DNA of 63,679 nucleotides, filler included, from Circinaria calcarea (Eukaryota): NCBI GenBank assembly GCA_051942165.1. It is 20 parts of 20 records of this genome, joined end to end, with 100 filler letters (N's around TTAATTAATTAA, not from the genome) between each part and the next. Parts side by side here need not be neighbours in the genome. Positions count along the whole stretch, not along the records: positions 1 to 3,105 come from JAVECS010003038.1; positions 3,206 to 6,308 come from JAVECS010003039.1; positions 6,409 to 9,511 come from JAVECS010003040.1; positions 9,612 to 12,713 come from JAVECS010003041.1; positions 12,814 to 15,914 come from JAVECS010003042.1; 15 more parts are not named here. One strand, 5' to 3'. Shown piece by piece: positions 1 to 12,974 of this stretch (position 1 is its first letter; each line of letters starts with the position of its first letter). The notes under the pieces were generated by a model. It saw only the letters and a program-made list of their open reading frames with translations, ran no database searches and was not told where the DNA came from. The position numbers and the translations under genes were made by a program.

Positions 1-109
1 TGGGATGAATATTGCGAATCGTGCACGCAAAGGAAACCTAATATAACAATGTCGGTGAACAAGAAGCCCTTCACAACCAACACGATACCTGGCAGGATAT
101 CGACCGAGT

Positions 110-886
110 TTATTGGAGTTTTGGATGCTTTTCCGGGGCGCTTTGAACCATCCCCTTTCCTTTGTAGTCCTCGGCGGAAACACCGGTGATGGCTTCGGTT
201 TTTTGGTTCTGGGAAGAAGTTAGTATTGATTTGCAGATGATAGCTTCGAGGATAAATCCGTCTATCTAGTCTGAACTTGTAGATGAAAGGGGGCATATTT
301 ACCTTCAAGTATTCATTCGTCATTTCCTGATATTCCTTCGTCATGGTTCTTGGTGCACCCCTTGCTTGCGTTCGCTCGAGCATGAAGATTATGAATGATA
401 CACCGACCCCGATCATGGTGTAATTGAAGACCTTCCACCCTTCGCCGGGCGGAGGTAGTGCTCTAGGTCCGTGTGGACCAAAGGCTATCCAGTATGCTAC
501 CCATGTTTCGTCAGCGATTGGGTCATCGAAAGCCATTGTCTGCCCTCGGAACTTTCAAGGGCTTCTGCCGCCTTGATATAGGCGCGTACGGTGCGCATAC
601 CGGCTTTCTTCTCTTGTGGTGTCAATTCGTGCCAGTCCACCTTCATCCGGTCCCTTAATGCCATCCATAGATCTGCCTGTTCCTGTGGAGGCATAGCTTC
701 CCATCGCTTCTCGATGCCGGCGAGTGTGGGATTTGAGATAGCATGGGTGCCTGCCGAGCGTGCTTGCTGTATTTGTTGGCTGTTCAGACATGTTGTGGCC
801 GGTTTTATGTACTGGGATTTCGTGCGTAAACCGCCAGAAAGTAAGGAGGAGGAGCTTGGGGCAGCTCGAGGGAGAGAACGTAGCAT
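110..886 (-). CDS. COX5: Cytochrome c oxidase subunit V (COX4/COX5 family), 3 exons: 886-601, 496-303, 208-110
   Basis: Presequence, then ISNPTLAGIEKRWEAMPPQEQADLWMALRDRMKVDWHELT..KKAAYWIAFGPHGPRA..TMTKEYQEMTNEYLK|NQKTEAITGVSAEDYKGKGMVQS; GT-AG introns keep frame. Confidence 0.95.
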
Positions 887-1192
887 CGTGAGAGCCTAGC
901 AGGATCTAATGGGTTCTGAAGGGGTGAGCAATACCAACCCAAGACGAGATCTACCGGCTCGATCAAGCTGTGGCAGATCAATGGATGTCAATCTGCATAA
1001 GGATCCTGCGTGTAATGATGCACCGTCGTGACTTGGGAAAATAAGGTCGAGACGGCCTGCGCTAGCTTCTGTGAGTTTAGCGTCTTTCCAAACTTCCTCG
1101 AACCTCCGACGAGTAGTGCTCTACACAACCCAAGCTCCACCGTCTTCAGCAGTCTCAATCACATCCTCCACCACTCCTTCACATCGTCCAAT

Positions 1193-3105
<1,913 letters not shown>

Positions 3106-3205
3106 NNNNNNNNNNNNNNNNNNNNNNNNNNNNNNNNNNNNNNNNNNNNTTAATTAATTAANNNNNNNNNNNNNNNNNNNNNNNNNNNNNNNNNNNNNNN
3201 NNNNN
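3106..3205. other. Artificial contig linker N44-TTAATTAATTAA-N44 (first of 19; others start at 6309, 9512, 12714, 15915, 19111, 22306, 25500, 28694, 31887, 35078, 38269, 41458, 44638, 47816, 50992, 54166, 57339, 60511)
   Basis: Identical 100-nt spacer every ~3.2 kb; contig lengths never increase, falling from 3105 to 3069 nt; genes are cut at the spacers. Confidence 0.99.
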
Positions 3206-3820
3206 GGCGTTGTTTGCAGATCCCAACATACCGTACAGTGGGTGCCGGAGCTGGCAGAGCTTCCATCTTGGTGTCCCGACTGGAGTACGGCGCCGATAGA
3301 AGATTCTTGGACCTCGGAAAGAGATACAATGTCGAAGCAGGAAATTGCCGAGAGTAGATCAGCTGGAAGTTTAACGGCATCTTATAAAGCAGCCGGTGAT
3401 ACCACCACTGTTGCCTCTTTCTCCGGGGACCTCAACACCCTGACGGTTGAAGGCTTTCAAATTGACATTGTAGAACAGCTCCATTCCCAAGGCGGTGAGG
3501 AAAGTCTTGGTATACTCATGAGACAGACTGCAAGAGAGGCCGCATCGCGATCCATCTGGCGAAGAGGGGAGAAGTACCATCGGATCTCCAGCTACTTCAG
3601 ACCTCGAGCCATGAAATCCGGGGATGTTGTGTGCATTCTGTTTGGCTGTCCACATCCCGTGGTACTTCGGAAGGTCTTCGGGGACAATTCGTGGCGTTTC
3701 ATTGGAGATTGCTTCATCCATGCTTACATGTTTGGGGAAGCTATGCAATACTTTAATGGAACACTGGGCCAAGTTGAGCCAGAAAGACGTCCGAGGCAGG
3801 AAACTTTTGTGCTTTGTTGA
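3206..3820 (+). CDS. C-terminal part of a HET-domain (heterokaryon incompatibility, HET-6-like) protein, 5' truncated
   Basis: LPSWCPDWS, LTVEGFQIDIV, GDVVCILFGCPHPVVLR..WRFIGDCFIHAYMFGEA: typical tail of HET-6-like proteins. Confidence 0.8.
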   Translation, partial: GVVCRSQHTVQWVPELAELPSWCPDWSTAPIEDSWTSERDTMSKQEIAESRSAGSLTASYKAAGDTTTVASFSGDLNTLTVEGFQIDIVEQLHSQGGEESLGILMRQTAREAASRSIWRRGEKYHRISSYFRPRAMKSGDVVCILFGCPHPVVLRKVFGDNSWRFIGDCFIHAYMFGEAMQYFNGTLGQVEPERRPRQETFVLC

Positions 3821-4231
3821 TTACAACCAATGCCATGGTCTAGAGCGGGCTGTCTCGCGTTCTTCTTGTTCTCTTCCCACCTCCCTTGTTGCTCTCTTAC
3901 CAGATCGTGAGTGACGAATCCGGGTAGGTCGATGCCCTTTGGTTTTCTTCATGCATCCTCATGTACGTTGCCTCCAATTCTAATCGCGTTCGCCAAGAAT
4001 GGGGTTCGTGGGGGTCCAGCCCGAGCGGTCTCGACCTTTAACCCTGAAATGCGAGATGACGTGCATCATCCACCCCCGCTTGTTCTTATCCGATCCAATC
4101 GAGGAATCAAGGAACGCGAAGGGCTCCCGTGTACTTCTTCCTCATCCATCCTCTGCTGTTTGTCTGTGTTCAGACAACATTCATATAATCTCAACCTCAT
4201 ATCACACATATCTCGATTGGCAATCGCAACC

Positions 4232-4827
4232 ATGAATACCCAACCGCAAGGCTCCAACAACGCTGGCCAGGAAGACTATATGGATAAGGGTATGTCGTGA
4301 CCTATCCTTTCCCCTTTACTATTTACTTTACCCATCAGGCGAGACGGAAGGTTTGCTGTACTCTACCTACTCGGCTCTTACCTTTGCATTGGATTCTCCA
4401 CTGTCTCCTCTCCTCGCCATCCCCTCTTCTTATTATTCCTTGGCAAATCCCCGCCGCTCCCCGCGATTCATTCTCCTCTGCTCCTCTTCATAGTCAATCG
4501 ACTACTGATCCACCTCCCAGGTCTTGACGCTGTCGAGAAAAAATTTGGCGGAGGAAGTGTCGACCCAGCGAAACAGCGTGGGATGAATGAGAAGATCACC
4601 GACGGCGCAAGGAGCGTGCTTGAGAAAGCTACTGGGTATGTGATTATTTTCTGAGTGATTTTCCTCGATTCTTTCGAATCAAGGAGGCTACGAGTTATTA
4701 TGGTAGCAGATCCAAGATTGAAAACATATACATCTAGATACGACAGGAGGCGGGGACATTTATATATTAAGGCTAACGTCTTCTTCTCCACTACAGAAAG
4801 AAAGCACCCGAGAAATTCTCAAATTAG
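4232..4827 (+). CDS. Small (67 aa) hydrophilic fungal protein, 3 exons: 4232-4289, 4521-4635, 4797-4827
   Basis: Spliced: MNTQPQGSNNAGQEDYMDKGLDAVEKKFGGGSVDPAKQRGMNEKITDGARSVLEKATGKKAPEKFSN*; both introns GTATGT..branch..CAG. Confidence 0.85.
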
Positions 4828-5336
4828 CCTCCTTTGCTTTCGGTGCAGTCGGGGAATGGAAAGATAATGGCTTTCAATAAGAGGCCCACGGGCTGAGTCC
4901 ATGGGATATATAAGTTCAAACCACTGAAACCTAGGAGGGGATATAATTGGCTACAGGATGTCTATCATATGTGGCTTAGGTGCCGATCAAGGCAGTACAT
5001 GAATATACAAAAATCTACATCATATTTCCCGCGAGTGCATATATAAATCCGAGGCGATCAAGCCTAACCAAGTGATGTATACAGAGCCCAATCAGCATGA
5101 GTCTCTCGATTCAAATGTTTATCACCCTATGATCCACCTTAAGACTATGGAAACCATGAAAATGAGGAGCTTGTCTGCCGGCAGCAAGTTCGCTGATCCC
5201 CTCACATTAGTCCCTCGGGCCTCACATTATATCCATCTAAAAGGTCAACTTTCGCAGAAATCTAAGAGGGAGCTTACCTATTATCCTCAACCCATTCCCA
5301 ATTACCCAACTCGGGAAGTTTGTGAGTGGCCCGGAA

Positions 5337-5371
5337 ACTGGACTGGACTGGACTGGACTGGACTGGACTGG
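5337..5371. repeat. (ACTGG)7 microsatellite
   Basis: Read directly. Confidence 0.95.
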
Positions 5372-6408
5372 ATTTTTGACAAGTTAGTTGCCGCAAGTAT
5401 TTTGAGTAGAATTATAATCGGTTACGGTCGGTACATTTCCACATGCCGCGGGATTACATCGATCCAGAGACTTTAAGCCTCCAGCAGATGGTTGCCAATG
5501 TTTTTTTATTTTTTATAAAATAAGGAATGCCTCTAGCGAGTTTCTTCTTGGGATACTAGCGGTTCCCCCCTCCCACTCGGAAAAGCTCTAAGCCTTATTA
5601 TTGAGCAAACGAGGAAAGAAAAGCTTATGGTACGGTATGGGGCCGAATATCTGTTGTTGAAACGTGCGTGGTTTTTATCTGGATAGTGGTTTGAGTTTTC
5701 TTCCCCAGGGGGAAGGGGGGGGTGGCGAAGGTAGATAGATTACTTTTAGGAGGTAACAGCAAGATAAGGATGAAATAACGGAGTGAATTGGGGAAGAACT
5801 TGGGGAAAGGTAGTGGTGACGGCAGAGGCGTAGGTATATTTATTGTAGGAAAAAGTGGGTTTAGGGGGTGAATTACCCAGATAGTTAGCGGAGCGGGTAT
5901 TTATTCAGTTTTGCGTGTTAAGTTGTTTTCCGTATTGAGCTCTTACAAGTTACCCAGCCTGGCTATTGATATCACTAGAAACTAAGCGTACGAGAATTAT
6001 TTTTGGCGCGGGAAGTTTACAATTCGGTAAGTGGCCCTTTTGTTCTCAATGAGAAAACTTAAAGATATCCATCGTTCCCTGATCGTATATTCAGAAGCTT
6101 ATAATATTCGCGGCAGTTCTTTTCCTTATGGGTAGGGGAAGGATTGAAAATCACCGTGTTTTCCGAAAATAAAATAAAAGTACGGTGGTATATTGCCAAA
6201 GCCTCTTTCTTCTACTCCTCAAGCCAAGTATCATATGCCTCAACTCCACCTACTCCTCCAGTTTTTTTTCCCCCCCCCTTCCCGGAACTCACCTCATGAG
6301 TTCCAATANNNNNNNNNNNNNNNNNNNNNNNNNNNNNNNNNNNNNNNNNNNNTTAATTAATTAANNNNNNNNNNNNNNNNNNNNNNNNNNNNNNNNNNNN
6401 NNNNNNNN

Positions 6409-6707
6409 GAAAAGCGTATTCAGGCCATCGACCACCAAGGGGAGCCATGACATGACGGCGAATCCTTCGTTGACCGAGGCCGCAATCAGGTATATAAGCG
6501 ACAGCATCGAGAACACCGCGACGAACATGACATAGTTCACAATCGACGGGTTGCCGGCGAAGGCTTCCTGGATCATATTGCCGACAAGAGCCAAGATGAG
6601 GAGCGTCCAAAGGAACTGAACCGATCAGACCGACCGCGCAAGCACCTCGATGAATGATGTGTGCTTACCTGCAGCGCCCTAAGGGCAAGGTTGGGGATGT
6701 TGGCCAT
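6409..6707 (-). CDS. NCE102: MARVEL-domain membrane protein, NCE102-like, 3' truncated
   Basis: MANIPNLALRALQ|FLWTLLILALVGNMIQEAFAGNPSIVNYVMFVAVFSMLSLIYL. Confidence 0.85.
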
Positions 6708-8020
6708 TGCGACACTCGACTCTGCGGGAACTCTGTGAGCTTGACGAAGCGTGTGAGTGATGGCGTGCAAACTTAGGAATAGGTAGGTCAGAAGCTGTAG
6801 GAAGTGATGGCGATGAGGATGATGGTTTGTTGAAATTGATGGGAAGGGCGAAGAATATATTGCGCTTTGGTTGTGGCTGTCCCGGAAGCGTGACAGTACG
6901 GCGGACGATGACGCTTCCGCTGATCGCTCCATGGCAACCAACAAGCAAAGAAGCCTACGTCACACCATGACGCTAAGCTTAACGCGTGCCGGCACCACTT
7001 CAGGTTTTTTCGCCTCAGTAACGCTTCAGCAGGGAGGGGATTGCGGCAGTAAAGAAGATCCCATCTTCACGACAACAAAGTAAATGACATCAATCATCCT
7101 CTGTACATCCACTGCGTTATGATGAACCTCGTAGTTTTTGGTAAGAAGGCCATATCGATCTCCTCCTGTGGCTGAGGCTGCTATGGCAACAGCAGCTTCG
7201 CGCCACCATCTCTAACTTCGACGGAGTACCCAGCTCCATTAGGTAACAGAGCTCTCCGGCATGGATCAAGTCAGACAATATCATTTATTCAGATCTTCAG
7301 TTATGCATAGATATCGGAGCCATTCGATATTAATACAGCTATTTGACATTAGCATTAGTATCGTGAAAATCGCCAATGATTTTATACGACGGGGTGCTAT
7401 GAGAACTTCTAATGGCTAGGGATCTCCTACGCAGTAAGCGAAACCCTCATAGATCCTAGCGGTAATTCAACTGTACGATGATCATATGCCTCACATTGAC
7501 AAACTGGAGCTTGTAGTAGCAACTTGTTCTAGCGGCAAGTAGGCCTCCTCGACATGGAGTAATTAACCTGCTGAATTAAGAAAATCTTTCGTGAACTAGT
7601 ACTTGGGTGTCTAATCTGCATCTGCTTTACTTGAATTTAAGGCTGAGATGATGTCCACTGTGAAATATGCGTGCATATATAAATCTTTAGCTATCCTTGT
7701 GACACGGGGATCTGTTGTTCAACCAATTGAGCTCGTGCAGGGCTGGCATAAGTTGAGTCCTATAAACCGTAAGTATATGAGGCCATGGTGGTGAATGATC
7801 CTTCGTCAGAGTAAGATCAGAGAAACATACTTTTGGTGACTTGGTCAAACCTGAGGGGTGGACAATGATATGGAGCCTTCGTCCATAGAGTGAATTGAAT
7901 ACACCTAGACTTTCTGAAAGTTTTCTTTGAAACACCTTATTTTGGCTCATTTCTTCCAGTCAGACGCCGAAACTACAGGTATTATTCAAATCGAACGTAT
8001 TCGAATGGGCACCTCCCGTG

Positions 8021-8532
8021 TCATCTTGGCTTCGCTGCCTTGCTACCTTTTCTTCCAGGTCTCCCAGGGCCAGTTTGTAGTATTTCCGACAGATCATCAA
8101 CTGTATACGAAAGGTCATCGATGCTGTACGTAAGATCACCCATAGCGGAAGTAGCTGTCTGGGCTGCACCCAGTCGTTTTCGTTTCCGACCAGTCTCCTC
8201 CGATACTGCTTGGTGTTGGGCATATTCTGCAGCTCTCCACCGGCTGGTGATTTCATCCTCCGTCTTATTTTCCATCTTATGAAAGCTCGCATGGTGACTG
8301 CAGCCGTCACATTCGAAGCTTGTGGCTGCCTTGACAGGATGGATCATGAAACGAAGACAGGCGCAAGCTGGCGACATGAGGGAGGTCTTGTACGCACAAG
8401 GCCAACGAGGAGGAACGTATGACATCTGCAGGTAGGATTAGCATGCAGACAAGGAACCATCAATCGGATAAGGTCCTAGACCTGCTTCCATATATTTAGG
8501 CCTATGGTCTGAGATTCCTGGGCGGGAGCCAT
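8021..8532 (-). CDS. Small Cys/His-rich hypothetical protein, 2 exons (8532-8482, 8425-8021)
   Basis: MAPAQESQTIGLNIWKQ|MSYVPPRWPCAYK..CACLRFMIHPVKAATSFECDGCSHHASFHKMEN..RKRKR; phase-0 intron GTCTAG..CTAAT..CAG. Confidence 0.7.
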
Positions 8533-8835
8533 CGTGTCAGACTGTTGCACCTCAAGAGTACGAGGACGGGCAACGATTCGGAGCTCAGCTTCCCCAGTCA
8601 GATCGCGTTGTATTGAGAGTGATGGCATTGGTAAACTCCCCTCTGTTTGAGCTTGACGTTTGACTGGTGAGAATCAACACCGGGTTACGCGATTCAATAG
8701 ATTCCGGGGAAGCTTTGCCGGTTCGCCAATGAGGCCAAATTCGCGAAATACAGACTACCTTATATGGAAGTGATTCCTGAACTTTGTACAGGATATTATT
8801 ACACGCTCGAGTTCTACCTGTACAGTTTCGCCATC

Positions 8836-9511
8836 ATGACAGGCTCATTACCTTCACGACCCTCACTATCCGCTTTTCTGCTTTTCCTTGCTGTCCTACC
8901 ATTCTCCTTTGCGTTGAAGTTTGATCTCCAAGCACACCCTGGACACAGTGGGAAATACCAACGATGTATCCGGAATTTCGTTGCCAAAGATCAGTTAGTC
9001 GTGGTCACGGCCACAGTAGGTGGTTCAAAGGGTGATGGGCAAGTCGTGAATATGCTGGTTAGTCATGCCTGCTTTGCACAAGTCTCAGAGGCTACTAACA
9101 TACGGGTCTAGATCAAGGATACTCTGGATAACGAATATGGAAAGCCCAAGGATGTCGTTGGAGAGACAAGGATGGCCTTTACATCGCATGGTGACTCCGC
9201 CTTCGATGTCTGCTTTGAAAACATCCTGAACGCGAGACGTTGGAATCCCTACCCTTTGTATTCTGCCTACCTACTGAGTATACCTCCAGAAGCTGTGATG
9301 AATCCCGTGCGCCACATTGAATTGGACATTGATATTGGAGCGGATGCTCGAGACTGGTCCGCCATAGAAGCCAAGGAGAAGCTCAAACCAGTCGAGACGG
9401 AACTGAGGCGCATCGAAGAGATGGTAGGAGAAATTGTCAGCGAGATGGATTATTTGCGGACCCGGGAGCAGAAACTCCGAGATACCAATGAGAGCACCAA
9501 CGAGCGCGTGA
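8836..9511 (+). CDS. ERV25: p24/emp24/gp25L family cargo receptor (p24delta), 3' truncated
   Basis: Signal peptide, [68 protein letters not shown]. Confidence 0.93.
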
Positions 9512-10046
9512 NNNNNNNNNNNNNNNNNNNNNNNNNNNNNNNNNNNNNNNNNNNNTTAATTAATTAANNNNNNNNNNNNNNNNNNNNNNNNNNNNNNNNN
9601 NNNNNNNNNNNGCTGTAGTGCTTCACCTAACCTCTGCGGAGATGGCAAAAAAAAAGCAAAGAGGAACCTGAAAATGCGCCTACCATTTCAAGACCAGCTG
9701 TACCAACCAGTACAGTACTGGTAGGGCTCTCACGTTCGTGATGCGCCAAGAAACCATCCTGCACTAGTACCTGTGTAGCTTAGCCCACTCCCCAATTCAC
9801 TGCCCTCGACTGCCAGTCTGTTGTATTGGACTCCACGGTAGACATTTACTCTAGAGAGACACTCTCCGCTCCTGAGTTTAGAAAGTCCTCTCACCGATCC
9901 ATTACTGTCGAGCATGGAACAAGAACGCCTTATCGCGCACAATGGGAGGGAAACTGGCCCGGCACGCTTTCTTGCCCGTTGGAATGAATGATTAGAAAGG
10001 AAATAGCTTGCTTTATAGGTTGGCTTGAAGGCTGTTCTCCCCTATA

Positions 10047-10550
10047 TCACAACCGGAGGCTCCTTCCGACTTCCCGTGCCTTATAGATCACTCCAGTGCC
10101 CATCCTTACCCCGTTCTGATGGATGGCAAAGCTCGCCAAACCCCACCCATTCACCTCCATCCACCCCCCTACGTCCTTGATCGTTTGCCCCATCATCCCC
10201 CATGTCAGCTCCCGCGGCATCTTACTCCAGAATTTGAGGCTGAGCCCGTTTTGGCCGTGCCACGTGAAACCCGGCGGGCGCATGAATCCGTCCGAGAGTT
10301 GATGGACGGTATCCTCGATGACGCCCGAGACTTCGGTGAGAAGCATGGCGACGGCTATGCCGGTCATCTTCTCGCGCATGTTGAAGTTCACACGGATCGG
10401 GGCTGGGCTGGAGTGGACGCGAGGGAAGAGAGTGCTCGGGGTGCTGGGGAGGGTGCTGGACTGGGATGGTGTGGTCAGGGGAACCGTGGAGGCAAAGGGT
10501 GTGGTGAGAATCGTGGTGGCTACGATGACCCGTATATAGACGTTTTGCAT
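10047..10550 (-). CDS. Putative small secreted protein of unknown function
   Basis: Hydrophobic N-terminus, S/T/P linker, globular part ending LTWGMMGQTIKDVGGWMEVNGWGLASFAIHQNGVRMGTGVI. Confidence 0.6.
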   Translation of the reverse strand: MQNVYIRVIVATTILTTPFASTVPLTTPSQSSTLPSTPSTLFPRVHSSPAPIRVNFNMREKMTGIAVAMLLTEVSGVIEDTVHQLSDGFMRPPGFTWHGQNGLSLKFWSKMPRELTWGMMGQTIKDVGGWMEVNGWGLASFAIHQNGVRMGTGVIYKAREVGRSLRL

Positions 10551-10905
10551 GGCTGATGCCGAATTGTTACTTATCATAAGCGAATCTAGGGTAAGAGGGA
10601 AGGAGTACGACTGGGGGTTGAGGAATATGGGATATCACAGATAGGTAGGCAGCGTCCTCCAACAATAAAGTGGAGATGCACAGGAAAAGATCTTTCTCCG
10701 TCTTCACTATCAGATGGTGGGAGCCAATGGATTCCCTCGGGGCTCAAGCCGAGTACCTATAGCTGGCTTTCATCTCAACTAGACTGTTCCATCGGCCGGT
10801 CTCAGATTTTGCAAGCCAGTAGATCAGTCCCGAATACCAAGGCGGTAGCCAACCCATATCCCAAATATGGGCCTTCGATGTTCTCACCATGCTGCATAGA
10901 CCTCA

Positions 10906-12713
10906 TCACCTTCCCCCGCCGAAGTCAGGCTTATAAGTCTTGACGCCTCCCAGTTTCATGAGCTCTCTCAAAGCCATTGTGGCGTACTGGCTAGATTCAA
11001 GCTGAAGCCTGAGGATCACCGCTAATTTCTTCACCTCGCCCATTTCATCCTTTTCTTGCCGTGCCACTGCATCGTCTTCCTTTTGATCCTTCTCGACTAC
11101 GTTGGGTCCATTGGCATGTCCACTCGTCTGTCCGCTCCGTTTCTCAATCCTGTCAACGTCCGTCTCTACAAATTGCTCATCATCGTGAGTATAGGATCGA
11201 ACCTCGAAAGTAATATCTTGGTATGGCTTGACGATGAGCTTTCTATAGCTTCCACTGAGACTGACATCTTTCCACTGCCGCCTCATATCGTGTGGATCGA
11301 GTCCGCCTCCTCGCTCACTGGCCATGAACGTTTTGTAGGAGTTTGCTAGTTCATTTCCAGGGTATAAAACGTCGTAACCCGGGGTTGGCAGAACAATGTC
11401 GAAAATAGTGTACTGTCCACTCTGTGCTTCTTCCTGACTCAGTGCACGCGCTCGCGTGAATCGATCTTCTAAATTGATAGCACTGTCATCAGATGCCGGT
11501 TGTACGATAACTTCCCCGTCTGCGTCGATATCTTCGGTTCCCCGCCTTTCTTCTACTTTCTCCTTGTGCTCGTCAACCAGGACCAGATCGCCAGCAAGTA
11601 CCTGATCACCGTGGCGTCTCCAGCGTTCGCTTGCTGTTACATTCCATACTAATGACTGGTATGCATGAACGTATATCAATCTTAGATTCCTGGGGATTGC
11701 TTGCAAGGCACCCAGATAATCATTGCCACGACCTTGGCCGCCGAGATGGCGAATGAGACTTCCTTCCGCGGAGAATTTCCTGGGTAGGTCGTCAAGAGCT
11801 GGATAGCTTCTACCGGAGGTTCGAAATGCGTGTAACGCTTGAGCACGAAATCTGTCATCTGAAGAGATTCTATCTTTCCCGGCGTCCGGGTCTTGGGCTG
11901 CTGCAAGGCTAGCCTCACTGTACTCCAGTATAGCTTCGACGGCTCCTTTGAAGTCACCCTGGAGCATTCTGACACCAACAGTATCAGTTCGTGTTGAAAA
12001 AGTACCAAACCTCTGGAGGCCGTAGTAGTTAATGAACCCATTCTCACTAAGATGTTTGGCCGCGGATTCCACTATCTTGGAGGCTACCATGACCCGGTTT
12101 TCGGTATCACCTGCAGTAGCATCGTGGAACTGACAGTCTCGAAGGGTGATCGTGAATTCGTTGCCGCTTAGCTCACCCAATTCCAGGCCGTGAGGCGAAT
12201 ATTCGTAATTTCCAATCTTTGCCTGTCGTAATGTTCGACCAACTTGTTGCATTCGATCGGCTTGCATGCGGTATACGCTTATTCGCTGCACAGTGACCGC
12301 TCGACGGTCTTTGGTTCCGGCGAATTGAAACGCTCGCGGTTGGACTTTCAATTGTCGGGCTAGGAAAGATACAACCTCCATGGTATCTTTGTTTTCCTTG
12401 TAAAGAGTAAAGTGCAAATATTCTCCACCGAGTTCCTTCCATCCTATTCTGCCTTTGAAGTGATTCTGTTGACCAGTATCATTCCGGCTACCATTGTTTC
12501 TTCCACCGCGTCCACTGTTGTTTCCCGCCCGACCACCATTCGCTCGGGATCCCCCGCTGCTTTGTTCGACAGCTGCAGTGATAAGCAAGAAGCCATCACT
12601 ATCTGTAAAGGACTCGAGGCGTGATGAGAAAATGCGACGTATAGCCTGGTGAATTGTTGTTCGTAGCTCACGATCTGTGATCTTGCCTGAATTGATTGTG
12701 CCGTAGTCTTTGA
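10906..12713 (-). CDS. PUS7: TruD-family multisubstrate pseudouridine synthase 7, 5' truncated
   Basis: YLHFTLYKENKDTME, FQFAGTKDRRAVTVQ, LSGNEFTITLR, GFINYYGLQRFGT, YVHAYQSLVWN, SQYATMALRELMK. Confidence 0.96.
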
Positions 12714-12813
12714 NNNNNNNNNNNNNNNNNNNNNNNNNNNNNNNNNNNNNNNNNNNNTTAATTAATTAANNNNNNNNNNNNNNNNNNNNNNNNNNNNNNN
12801 NNNNNNNNNNNNN

Positions 12814-12974
12814 ATACGAGTATACATTGCCAACCTATAGACACGTCAGTATGGGTCTCAGATACAGGAGGTCCAACTTACCATGAAGTGCGCAAAGACC
12901 GACTTGGCCTGAGCTTGCACGGCAGAGGCGGAGAAAGCTAGGGCAGTTGCCAGCAATGAGCGAAGAAAAAGCAT
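12814..12974 (-). CDS. N-terminus of a GH71 alpha-1,3-glucanase (mutanase-like), truncated
   Basis: Signal peptide MLFLRSLLATALAFSASAVQAQ, then AKSVFAHFM|VGNVYSY across a GTAAGT..TAG intron; VFAHFMVGN is the usual GH71 N-terminal motif. Confidence 0.8.

Noticed and set aside
5072..5476. 134-aa ORF with a WTGLD repeat
   Set aside because: Repeat is translation of the (ACTGG)7 microsatellite
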